NCBI RefSeq assembly: GCF_017433805.1
Contig: NZ_JAFRGN010000020.1
Span: 7,514 to 71,513, forward strand
Reading direction: 5' to 3'
Length of the DNA stretch: 64,000 nucleotides
Origin: Butyrivibrio sp.
Lineage (GTDB): Bacteria; Bacillota; Clostridia; Lachnospirales; Lachnospiraceae
A model generated the notes under the pieces. It was given only the letters and a program-made list of their open reading frames with translations. It ran no database searches and was not told where the DNA came from. The translations under genes were made by a program, and so were the position numbers. Of this stretch, positions 1 to 8,846 are shown one piece after another. Position 1 is the stretch's first letter. Each line of letters starts with the position of its first letter.

Positions 1-684
1 GGTTGGTATCAGGTAGCATTCTTCTTCGGAACAGGCTGCCAGCTTACATATGATACAGATGATCAGGGTAACTTCACAGGATGCAATGTTGACTATGCAT
101 CAGACAAGGGTCTTGTGGCTCTTAAGGAGATGATCGAGCTTGCTTCTTCATCAGCTTACCAGGCTGGTTCTTCAGCTGGCGATGCTGTTAACTATGCAGC
201 AATCATCGATGGTACATGGGATGCTGATACAGTAAAGAGCGTTCTTGGTGACAATTACGCTTGTGCTAAGCTTCCTACATTCACAGGTTCAGATGGCAAC
301 ACATACCAGATGAGCGGATTCAACGGATGCAAACTCCTTGGTGTTAAGCCTCAGGAAGATGAAGATAAGCTTCAGATCTGTGATGACCTTGCATACTACC
401 TCACAAACGAGGAAGTTCAGCTTGCAAGATTCAATGCAGTTGGTTGGGGCCCTTCAAACTTAAATGCTCAGGCATCAGACGCTGTTAAGGCTAACGAAGC
501 TCTTTCAGCTCTTGCAGATCAGTTCGCATTCACAATTCCTCAGGGCAACTATCCTGGAGATTACTGGTCACGTGCTGAGTCACTTGCAGGTGATGTTAAG
601 GACGCATTCCAGAAGGCTTCTGATGAGGACCTTACAGCTGCACTTGAAGCATACCAGGCTGACCTTGAGTCATATGCTAAATAA
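1..684 (+). CDS. Sugar ABC transporter solute-binding protein (5'-truncated by window edge)
   Basis: Frame 1 is open from base 1 (GWYQVAFFFG...) to TAA 682-684; contains YACAKLPTF and F.GCKLLGVKP segments typical of MalE/GanS-like binding proteins; lies upstream of two permeases. Confidence 0.8.
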   Translation, partial: GWYQVAFFFGTGCQLTYDTDDQGNFTGCNVDYASDKGLVALKEMIELASSSAYQAGSSAGDAVNYAAIIDGTWDADTVKSVLGDNYACAKLPTFTGSDGNTYQMSGFNGCKLLGVKPQEDEDKLQICDDLAYYLTNEEVQLARFNAVGWGPSNLNAQASDAVKANEALSALADQFAFTIPQGNYPGDYWSRAESLAGDVKDAFQKASDEDLTAALEAYQADLESYAK

Positions 685-734
685 TTGATAATCATAGGCA
701 TTTCTGCCGATTATTACGAAACTTTTGCTTAATG

Positions 735-769
735 TTCTTCCGGTGGAAAGACGCTTTCTGCCGGAAGAA
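735..769 (+). other. Strong stem-loop after the binding-protein gene (probable mRNA stabiliser/attenuator)
   Basis: ttcttccgg...ccggaagaa outer arms with inner ggaaag/ctttct pairing; no U-tract; typical position in carbohydrate ABC operons. Confidence 0.55.
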
Positions 770-800
770 TTATTGTTAGGAGAACTTGGAGGAAGCAGAT

Positions 801-2201
801 ATGGCTAATACAAAAGGTGGCCAAAAAAAGAAAAATGCAATTGCTGATTTCTTTAGTATGTTAGGAAAAGACCTAAAGGAAATCGGTGTTACTTTTAAAG
901 AGGGAGATTTTAAGACAAAGATTTCATTTCTGATCTTTGGCTTTGGGTCTTTGCTTCGCGGCTTATGGCTGAGAGGACTGACTCTTTTAGCTGCTGAGTG
1001 TGGACTTTTATATTTTATATTCTCATTTGGATGGTCATATTTTTCCAAGATAGGAAGTCTTGGAACTATTGCTACTACCAAGCAGGGAAGGAAAACAGTA
1101 TATGGAGACAACAGCTTTTTGATACTGCTGTTTGGTCTTCTTACTTTGTTTGCGGTTATCGCATTTATAGCTATTTGGAGAATAAATGTCAGAGTTAATC
1201 GCAATGAAGAACTTATTATCAAAAATGGCAGAAAGCTTCCGTCAAACAAAGATGACTTCAAGTCACTCTTTGATTCTAATTTTGACAAGACACTTCTTGC
1301 ACTTCCTGTTGCAGGAGTCTTTGTATTTACAGTGTTGCCTATCGTGTTCATGATATGCGTTGCCTTCACCAATTATGACGCTAACCATCAGCCACCTTCT
1401 AATCTTTTTACATGGGTTGGCATTGAGAACTTTAAGAATCTGTTCTCATTTGGTACAGCAGGCTTTGGTGGAACATTCGTGACAGTTCTTATCTGGACGC
1501 TTGTATGGGCCTTTTTTGCTACATTTATCGATTATTTCCTTGGTATTGCAGTTGCAATGCTGATCAATAAAAAAGGAATCAAGTTCAAGAAATTGTGGAG
1601 AACAATCCTCGTAATGACAATTGCTGTTCCACAGTTTGTATCACTTTTGTATGTTTCCAAGCTATTTGCTAATGATGGACTTATAAACGGATATCTTCTC
1701 AAGTGGGGAATCATCGATCAGGCAATTCAGTTCTGGGTTAATCCTACACTTGCCAAGATCACTATCATAGTTGTTAATATCTGGATTGGTATTCCATACA
1801 TGATGCTGATAGCAACAGGACTTCTTATGAATATTCCTGAAGATCTCTATGAGAGTGCACGAATTGACGGTGCAACTCCATGGCAGATGTTCGTTAACAT
1901 TACAATGCCATATATGCTGTTTGTAACAGGACCGTTCCTTCTTACTCAGTATACAGGTAACCTTAATAACTTTAACGTTATTTTCCTTTTGACACAGGGA
2001 CAGCCCAAGACAGGAAACCTTGTTGGAGGAGCCGGACGTACGGACCTTCTCATTACATGGCTTTATAAGATGACTATTAACGATACCAATTACCGTATGG
2101 CTGCTGTAATAGGTATCATGGTATTCGTTGTAACTGCTGGAATCAGCCTTGTTGTTTATAACTTATTACCATCTGTCAAGGACGAGGAGGGCTTCCAATA
2201 A
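801..2201 (+). CDS. Carbohydrate ABC transporter permease (MalF/GanP-like)
   Basis: Multiple TM helices; EAA loop LYESARIDGATPWQMF. Start moved to ATG 801 behind GGAGG (track start 786). Confidence 0.9.
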   Translation: MANTKGGQKKKNAIADFFSMLGKDLKEIGVTFKEGDFKTKISFLIFGFGSLLRGLWLRGLTLLAAECGLLYFIFSFGWSYFSKIGSLGTIATTKQGRKTVYGDNSFLILLFGLLTLFAVIAFIAIWRINVRVNRNEELIIKNGRKLPSNKDDFKSLFDSNFDKTLLALPVAGVFVFTVLPIVFMICVAFTNYDANHQPPSNLFTWVGIENFKNLFSFGTAGFGGTFVTVLIWTLVWAFFATFIDYFLGIAVAMLINKKGIKFKKLWRTILVMTIAVPQFVSLLYVSKLFANDGLINGYLLKWGIIDQAIQFWVNPTLAKITIIVVNIWIGIPYMMLIATGLLMNIPEDLYESARIDGATPWQMFVNITMPYMLFVTGPFLLTQYTGNLNNFNVIFLLTQGQPKTGNLVGGAGRTDLLITWLYKMTINDTNYRMAAVIGIMVFVVTAGISLVVYNLLPSVKDEEGFQ

Positions 2202-3082
2202 TGGCTAATACAAATACTGGTTCAATGAAAAGAAAAAGAGCTGTAGGAAATTTCTTCGGCTATGTTTTACTTATTCTCATAAGTTTGATCTGGCTTTTCC
2301 CATATTTTGGACTTCTTATGGCAAGCTTTAGATCTTTTGATGCATCTATTGAATATGGTGGAGTTGTAGACTACATAATTCCACACACATTTTCACTTGA
2401 TAACTACAAGTTTTTGTTTAATGGTCAGACCAATTATGTAAGATGGTATGCCAACACACTGATCATCTCAATATTTGTATCACTGTTTAATACATGTATT
2501 GTTCTGTGTGTAAGTTATGCACTTTCCAGAATGAGATTTGCGGGAAGAACATTCCTCATGAGATTCTGGCTGGTTTTGGGAATGTTCCCTGGATTCCTTA
2601 CAATGATCTGTCTGTATTTCCTTCTCAAGCAGATGGGACTTACTCAGGCAGGAGCTATTCCAGGACTCATTCTTGTATCTGTAGCAAGCTCGGGTATGGG
2701 CTACTATGTATGTAAGGGTTACTTTGACACAATTCCCAAGGCGCTTGATGAGGCTGCCAGAATTGACGGTGCTTCTCGCGCAAGAGTCTTTTTCCAGATG
2801 ATAATTCCTATGGCTAAGCCAATTATCATTTACACAGCTCTTGTAGCATTTATGGGACCATGGTGTGATTACGTTTTCGCTTCATATATTGCTTTTGGAC
2901 ATGATGCAAGTTACAATGTAGCAGTTGCCATGCAGAGATGGATGGTTGTAGGCGACTATCAGGGTTACTTCACAAGATTCTGCGCAGGCGGAATTGTAGT
3001 TGCAGTTCCTGTTACTATTTTGTTCATGTTCCTTCAGAAATACTACGTAGAGGGTGTTACTGGTGGAGCAGTAAAGGGCTGA
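2201..3082 (+). CDS. Carbohydrate ABC transporter permease (MalG/GanQ-like)
   Basis: EAA loop LDEAARIDGASRARVF; C-terminal QKYYVEGVTGGAVKG; TAATG overlap with the previous gene. Confidence 0.9.
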   Translation: MANTNTGSMKRKRAVGNFFGYVLLILISLIWLFPYFGLLMASFRSFDASIEYGGVVDYIIPHTFSLDNYKFLFNGQTNYVRWYANTLIISIFVSLFNTCIVLCVSYALSRMRFAGRTFLMRFWLVLGMFPGFLTMICLYFLLKQMGLTQAGAIPGLILVSVASSGMGYYVCKGYFDTIPKALDEAARIDGASRARVFFQMIIPMAKPIIIYTALVAFMGPWCDYVFASYIAFGHDASYNVAVAMQRWMVVGDYQGYFTRFCAGGIVVAVPVTILFMFLQKYYVEGVTGGAVKG

Positions 3083-3084
3083 GA

Positions 3085-3232
3085 GAACTTGGCGAGGTTT
3101 TGTCGAGCCTAGTTCGAACGTCTACCGGCTCACGAAGTGAGAGCGGTAGGTTCCTTTTCTAGGTTAGTGAGAATCCCAGAGAGGACTTGGCTCGATAAAA
3201 CCGGCTCACGAAGTGAGAGCGGTAGGTTCCTT
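3085..3232. repeat. Mosaic palindromic intergenic repeat (REP/BIME-like)
   Basis: Perfect 33-bp direct repeat accggctcacgaagtgagagcggtaggttcctt at 3124-3156 and 3200-3232; 16/18 inverted repeat 3096-3113 vs 3185-3202; hairpin 3085-3115. Confidence 0.8.
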
Positions 3233-3254
3233 GTTCTTATTGTGGTGAAAGTGT

Positions 3255-4253
3255 ATGACTGACGAGAAAATTACAATCGATGACGTGGCCAAGGCTCTTG
3301 GTATTTCCAAGACTACTGTTTCCAGAGCCATTTCCGGAAAGGGAAGAGTGGGGAATAGTACAAGAGCCAAGGTTATGGATTTTATTGAAAAGCATAATTA
3401 CAGGCCTAATGTCATGGCCAGGGCGCTTGCTCAGCAGAGGACTTTTAATATCGGCGTCGTCTGGCCTGATGACTATAATGCTGTAGATCTTCCTTTTTTC
3501 CAGAGATGCATGATCGGAATGAGTGAGATCACATCGAGTTTTGGTTATGATATAGTGGTGTCCCTTATTGCAGGTGATGACCTGTCCAGTTTGAAGAGAA
3601 TAATAGAGAATCATAAGGTTGATGGGGTTGTGCTGACCAGGACTATGGTCAATGATACACCGGCCAAGTATCTGAAGGAGTCGGGAGTTCCCTTTGTTGC
3701 CATAGGCAAAACCGATGATCCTGATATTATTACTGTGGATAATGACAATCTTGGAGCCTGCAAGGAACTTACATCTATACTTCTTGCCAAGGGACTTAGG
3801 AAGCTTGCATTAATAGGAGGTTCCACCAATCATATAATTACCAGGACAAGGTACGAAGGCTTTGTTAATGCTTTTGAGAGTATGGGGCTTGATGTTGACC
3901 AGAATCTGGTTTATCTGGATGTTGAGAATAATATCAAAATAGGCGGTATCATCAAATCGATTCTTAAAAAAAACATAGACGGTGTTATCTGCATGGATGA
4001 CAGTATCGCGGGAGAGGTTATTTCAAGATGCCGTGATGAACATATAAAGATCCCTGATGATCTTCGAGTGGCGTCTTTTTATAATAGTTCACTTCTTGAG
4101 AGTACTGTTCCTTCGGTTACATCCCTTAATTTTAATGACAGGAATCTTGGAGCTGAGGCAGCCAGAACACTGCTTGCGATAATAGCAGGGGAAAATGCTC
4201 AGAGCAAGATGCTCAAGAATTACGAAGTGATTTTAAAAGAAAGTACTAAGTGA
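3255..4253 (+). CDS. LacI-family transcriptional regulator
   Basis: N-terminal TIDDVAKALGISKTTVSRAIS HTH, YRPNVMARAL hinge, periplasmic-binding-protein-like sensor domain. Confidence 0.92.
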   Translation: MTDEKITIDDVAKALGISKTTVSRAISGKGRVGNSTRAKVMDFIEKHNYRPNVMARALAQQRTFNIGVVWPDDYNAVDLPFFQRCMIGMSEITSSFGYDIVVSLIAGDDLSSLKRIIENHKVDGVVLTRTMVNDTPAKYLKESGVPFVAIGKTDDPDIITVDNDNLGACKELTSILLAKGLRKLALIGGSTNHIITRTRYEGFVNAFESMGLDVDQNLVYLDVENNIKIGGIIKSILKKNIDGVICMDDSIAGEVISRCRDEHIKIPDDLRVASFYNSSLLESTVPSVTSLNFNDRNLGAEAARTLLAIIAGENAQSKMLKNYEVILKESTK

Positions 4254-4321
4254 TAAGCATGGGCGATGATTATACTGATCACCGCCCATGTAGTGTATAT
4301 GAGAAAATGAGGAGAAAAGTT

Positions 4322-6523
4322 ATGAAGATAACTTCTGGGTCTAAGGTTGGTTTTGACAATGTAAGCCTTCTTGTAGATGGAAAAAGATGGTTCCCTATGA
4401 TGGGAGAGATGCATTTTAGCAGATATCCCAAGAAAAATTGGGAACAGGAACTATGCAAAATGAAGGCCGGTGGCATAGATATTGTTTCTCTTTATGTTAT
4501 CTGGATCCACCATGAAGAGATACGTGGCGAATTTGATTTCACAGGCGACAGGTGCCTTAGAGACTTCCTTGAGACTGTCAAGAAAGTTGGAATGTACAGC
4601 ATATTAAGAATCGGACCATGGGCTCACGGAGAAGCGAGAAATGGAGGCTTCCCTGACTGGCTCTTGGAGGATGCAAGGAAAAGGGGCTATGAAGTAAGAA
4701 GCAATGCTCCAGAGTACCTTGAACATGTGAGAAACTTTTATTCTAAGACTTATGAGCAGGCTAAGGGATATTTTATCAAAGATGATGGCCCTGTTATTGG
4801 AATACAGATAGAGAACGAGTTTGGCCACTGCGGAGGTCTCACTGGCGATGAAGGTGAGAAACATATGCAGACTCTTAAGGCTATGGCAGAGGAGATTGGC
4901 TTTGTTACTCCTATATACACAGCAACAGGCTGGGGTGGCGCTGTTACAGGTGGAATGCTTCCTGTTATGGGTGGCTACTGTGAAGCTCCATGGGATCAAA
5001 GATTAACTGAGATAGAGCCAAGCGGAAACTATATTTTTACAAGAGAGAGAAATGACCATAATATCGGTTCTGATCATGGACTTGGTGCGGGAATTACTTT
5101 TGACATGAATAAGTTCCCATTCCTTACAGCTGAGCTTGGTGGCGGCGTTCAGGTTACTCACCACAGAAGACCTATAGCTACAGGCCTTGATACAGCTGCA
5201 ATGACCATGACCAAGATTGGATGTGGAGCTAATCTGCTGGGATATTATATGTATCACGGAGGCACAAATCCCAAGGGTAAACTTACAACTCTTCAGGAGA
5301 GCAGAGCTACTGGTTATCCTAATGATCTTCCTGAGTATTCCTATGATTTTAATGCTCCTCTTCGTGAATTTGGTCAGATGGAAGGAACTTACAGAGAGGT
5401 TAGACTTATAGCAAGCTTCATCCATGATTTTGGAAATGACCTGTGCGATATGAACTATGTCGAGCAGCCTGGAAACCCTCTTAAGCCTGATAATTTAACT
5501 GACCTTCGTACATCAGTAAGATACAAGAAAAAAACTGATGAGTCCGGCAAAGAGTTTAATAAAGGATATCTTTTTGTAAATAATTATCAGAGAAGATATG
5601 AGATGGCTCTTCACAAAGATATAGAACTTACAGCTTATGCGGAAGATGGCCAAACAAAGCTTGCATCCTTTGCAAGACGCGATGTAGCAAATGGAGACTT
5701 TTTCTTTTACCCATTCAATATGGAGGTAGGCGCTAAGGCGCTTGTAACTATTGATGCTACTCCTATGTGCATTATTCATGATGCCTGCGGTCAGGGACGC
5801 CATGCCTACGTCTTCTACACTGATACTGACAGAGAAGTATCTATGGATATTCAGGGAGACCTTGATGGCAATAAGATCATTGTTTTGAGCAGAGACGAAG
5901 CAGTTCATGCATCCAAAGTAGTGATAAATGGTAAAGAGCATCTGATCATTTCTGCTGCAGAGGCTGTAACTGATGCTCACGGAGATGTTAATCTTTTCTT
6001 TGAAACTGAAGCTGATTCAAAGCTTGTATTCAGGGCATATCCTGAAATTAGTGGCAGCCTTGATAAGTTCGCCTGCCAGAAAGCAGCTATTGCAGACGGC
6101 GAATATACAACTTCAGATGCTTTTGCAATATATGAGAGCAAAGAAGTATATAAGAATACTGCAGAGGCTTCCTTTGAATTAACAGGAAAAGAAGGTGGCG
6201 GACTTCACTATAAGCTGTCGATTGCAAATATGTCACCTGATGCAAATGAAGTTTATGCGCATCTTGATTTTACAGGTGATATTGGAAAGCTCATAATAGG
6301 TGGAGAAATTGCAACTGATACCTTCTACACAGGCCAGATATGGGAAATAGGACTTAAGAGATATGCGGAAAGTGCCTTAAATGCTGAGGTTACAATTACT
6401 CCTTTGTGTGCGGAGGATAAGAAACGCATGTATTTACAGGAATGGCCTGACATGACAGACGGAAAAGCATGTGAATTGAAAGAAATACGTTTAAGCACAC
6501 AATTTGCTATCAAAATTGCATAA
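4322..6523 (+). CDS. Beta-galactosidase, glycoside hydrolase family 35
   Basis: GEMHFSRYP, IRIGPWAHGE, IQIENEFG (acid/base), TAELGGG (nucleophile), YYMYHGGTN, YDFNAPLREFG. Start ATG 4322 behind GAGGAG. Confidence 0.85.
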   Translation: MKITSGSKVGFDNVSLLVDGKRWFPMMGEMHFSRYPKKNWEQELCKMKAGGIDIVSLYVIWIHHEEIRGEFDFTGDRCLRDFLETVKKVGMYSILRIGPWAHGEARNGGFPDWLLEDARKRGYEVRSNAPEYLEHVRNFYSKTYEQAKGYFIKDDGPVIGIQIENEFGHCGGLTGDEGEKHMQTLKAMAEEIGFVTPIYTATGWGGAVTGGMLPVMGGYCEAPWDQRLTEIEPSGNYIFTRERNDHNIGSDHGLGAGITFDMNKFPFLTAELGGGVQVTHHRRPIATGLDTAAMTMTKIGCGANLLGYYMYHGGTNPKGKLTTLQESRATGYPNDLPEYSYDFNAPLREFGQMEGTYREVRLIASFIHDFGNDLCDMNYVEQPGNPLKPDNLTDLRTSVRYKKKTDESGKEFNKGYLFVNNYQRRYEMALHKDIELTAYAEDGQTKLASFARRDVANGDFFFYPFNMEVGAKALVTIDATPMCIIHDACGQGRHAYVFYTDTDREVSMDIQGDLDGNKIIVLSRDEAVHASKVVINGKEHLIISAAEAVTDAHGDVNLFFETEADSKLVFRAYPEISGSLDKFACQKAAIADGEYTTSDAFAIYESKEVYKNTAEASFELTGKEGGGLHYKLSIANMSPDANEVYAHLDFTGDIGKLIIGGEIATDTFYTGQIWEIGLKRYAESALNAEVTITPLCAEDKKRMYLQEWPDMTDGKACELKEIRLSTQFAIKIA

Positions 6524-6536
6524 ACTTTAGTATAAT

Positions 6537-6574
6537 AGTGTTATCGAAAGTTTGCGCTTTCGGTAACACTTTTT
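6537..6574 (+). terminator. Intrinsic terminator after the GH35 gene
   Basis: 14-bp stem agtgttatcgaaag/ctttcggtaacact followed by ttttctt. A TATAAT at 6531-6536 abuts its 5' arm and could start the next transcript inside the hairpin. Confidence 0.7.
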
Positions 6575-6604
6575 CTTCTGATTAAGTACTTTTGGGGGCA
6601 GGAC

Positions 6605-6865
6605 ATGGCTGATGGCAATATGACAATGACATATTCTGCAATCGTTCGGGACAAGGATGGAAGGAAAATAGTCCGGGTCAAGTTCGAGAGAATGGGCAAA
6701 GGGGTTATGGAAGTAGCAGAAGGAATCCTTCCTGATTGTAAGATTATCAGCCAGAATGGATACACAGCTGAGGAAGTCACAGGATTAGAGGAGTATTTAA
6801 GGGGGAATTTGGATGACTTTATGAGCAAAGCCAAGGTTATCAGCAATCCGCTGAAGTGGCTTTGA
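6605..6865 (+). CDS. Small hypothetical protein (86 aa)
   Basis: G-rich RBS (gggggcagga) before ATG, host-like codon usage, 22 bp upstream of the EAL pair. Confidence 0.7.
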   Translation: MADGNMTMTYSAIVRDKDGRKIVRVKFERMGKGVMEVAEGILPDCKIISQNGYTAEEVTGLEEYLRGNLDDFMSKAKVISNPLKWL

Positions 6866-6887
6866 TAAACTAGCTGGAGGCTAGCGC

Positions 6888-8840
6888 ATGCAGTATAACT
6901 ACTACTTTGATATCTGCGCTTTATGTATAATCGCAACCATAGCCATAACGACTATGTCCCGAAAGGCTGTTCCGGCCTACAGGCAGAAAGCTTATGGCCT
7001 TCTTGTTTTGGCGATTTTTGTAGCCACTGCAGCTGAGAGAGTGGAAACATTCCTTCAGATGCATCCAGTTAATGCGCCCTGGTATCATGGCGCAGAAATG
7101 ACCTTTGGCTCTATCTATTTCCTTGCACATCTGTTTTCTGCTACATCTTATATGCTCTATATCATGTCCGTTTTGGACATCTATGTTAATTTCAGAGAAC
7201 TGAAAAACTTCATGCAAGTGGCCTTTGGATATCTTGTGGGCGTTGTTTTTGTGGCAATTAACCTCTTTGTTCCGGTTCTTTTCTACTATTCAGAGGATGG
7301 ACTGTATCACAGGGGCGATTATATCGGCATCTATTACGTTATAGCTTTTTACTATATAGCTACTGGTGTTTCTCTCATGCTCAGATATAACAAGCTCATG
7401 AGAAGTAAGACCAGGCTCTTCATTGCGTCCTACGTAGTCTTTGTTGTTATTGGTATCGCGCTCCAGTTCTTTTTCCCATCTCTTCTTATCGAAAACTTCT
7501 GCAACACAGTAAGTGCGACGCTTGTTTTCATCACACTTCAGAATCCAAGTGAGATGGTAGATGATGGTCTTAACATGCTCAACAGAAAGGCATTTCTGGA
7601 AGGCCTTGATCTTAAGGTTAAGAGAAAAGAGCCTCATAGTACTATCTTTGTAACTATCGACAACGTTGGAGCGCTCAGTGCAGAGATTGGTTATAAGCAG
7701 GCTCAGAACGTTGTTAAGCTGATTGCTAATTACCTTAGGAATGTAGGTTTTAAGGAGTATGGACTCCAGAGCTATGCATATAGATATGCAGAGTATATGT
7801 TTGCTGTGACGATCCATAGTAAGGATGATGAAAAGATAAGACAGCTCCTTGAAAAAATTGCCCTAAGACTTAATGAGCCTTGGAATAGCTCGGGTATGGC
7901 AATCAGAGTAGAGGGACATTGCTTTCTTATGAGATACCCTGTTAATTACATGACTACTGCTGAACTGATGAGCAGAATCGATATTGTTACTCAGGATATT
8001 CCTACCGCTGAAGAAACAATAGTTGATATAGACAGTGTGGAATTCAAAGAACTTAAAAAGGCCAGAGATTATGACAATACGGCCAGAATAAGCCTTGATA
8101 AAAAGGCCTCTGTTATTAAGTATCAGCCGGTTTTATCCAAAATTTACAAGATAAACTACAGCGCTGACGTAATCTTTTTTCCATTGGATAAAGATGGCAA
8201 TGAGATTGATTTAAGGAAGCATATACCTGATGTCAAAACAACACAGACTCTTATGGACGTAGATGAGTACGTGTACAGAAGAGCTTGCCGAGCTCTGTCT
8301 TTTTGGAATGACGGAGATAAAAAAGGCAAATACAGAGCTGTTGTCGGACTTTCTCAGGGCGAGATATCCAAAAATGATTTTGTCAGAAGGATCAAAAAGA
8401 TACTGAGAGAAGAGAACGCAGAGGCTTCATGGATAAGCCTTAAGCTCACAGAGACTACAGTTACTACCATGAACAAGGTTGCTGAGCATAACTTAAGGCT
8501 CTTGGGAGAAATGAACAGCTACATTATTGTGGATAAATTTGGAAGCGGCTATGGAGACCTGGATAGAATTCTGTCTCTGCCTGTATTTCAGATTAATCTG
8601 GATATATCGGTACTTCGAATGGCTCAGGCTTCAGAAAAGATGAAGCTTGTGGCAGAAGGAATTGTTAATCTGTTCCATGACGTAAGTATCTTTGTTGGCG
8701 CTACAGAAATAGAGAATGAAGAAGACAAAATGATGGCAGAAGAACTGGGATGTGATTTCCTTATTGGAGATTACATGGGCGAACCTATGCAGGATAGTTC
8801 TTATGTCAAGTTTATTGATGCGTATTTTGAGGAAGGTTGA
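6888..8840 (+). CDS. Membrane protein with degenerate GGDEF and degenerate EAL domains
   Basis: About 7 N-terminal TM helices, FQNPS-type linker (LQNPSE); EAL-domain landmarks KYQPV, LKLTE, VDKFGSGYG, LGCDFLIG present but catalytic motifs altered. Confidence 0.8.
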   Translation: MQYNYYFDICALCIIATIAITTMSRKAVPAYRQKAYGLLVLAIFVATAAERVETFLQMHPVNAPWYHGAEMTFGSIYFLAHLFSATSYMLYIMSVLDIYVNFRELKNFMQVAFGYLVGVVFVAINLFVPVLFYYSEDGLYHRGDYIGIYYVIAFYYIATGVSLMLRYNKLMRSKTRLFIASYVVFVVIGIALQFFFPSLLIENFCNTVSATLVFITLQNPSEMVDDGLNMLNRKAFLEGLDLKVKRKEPHSTIFVTIDNVGALSAEIGYKQAQNVVKLIANYLRNVGFKEYGLQSYAYRYAEYMFAVTIHSKDDEKIRQLLEKIALRLNEPWNSSGMAIRVEGHCFLMRYPVNYMTTAELMSRIDIVTQDIPTAEETIVDIDSVEFKELKKARDYDNTARISLDKKASVIKYQPVLSKIYKINYSADVIFFPLDKDGNEIDLRKHIPDVKTTQTLMDVDEYVYRRACRALSFWNDGDKKGKYRAVVGLSQGEISKNDFVRRIKKILREENAEASWISLKLTETTVTTMNKVAEHNLRLLGEMNSYIIVDKFGSGYGDLDRILSLPVFQINLDISVLRMAQASEKMKLVAEGIVNLFHDVSIFVGATEIENEEDKMMAEELGCDFLIGDYMGEPMQDSSYVKFIDAYFEEG

Positions 8841-8846
8841 TAATTA

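Noticed and set aside
801-2214. Identical first 14 nt (atggctaatacaaa) of the two permease genes
   Set aside because: Short, AT-rich and compatible with common N-terminal codon preference; no further similarity.
3124-3232. CRISPR array (33-bp repeat, 43-bp spacer, 33-bp repeat)
   Set aside because: Only two repeats, no cas genes or leader in the window, and the 'spacer' contains an inverted copy of the neighbouring palindrome, so it is not foreign sequence.
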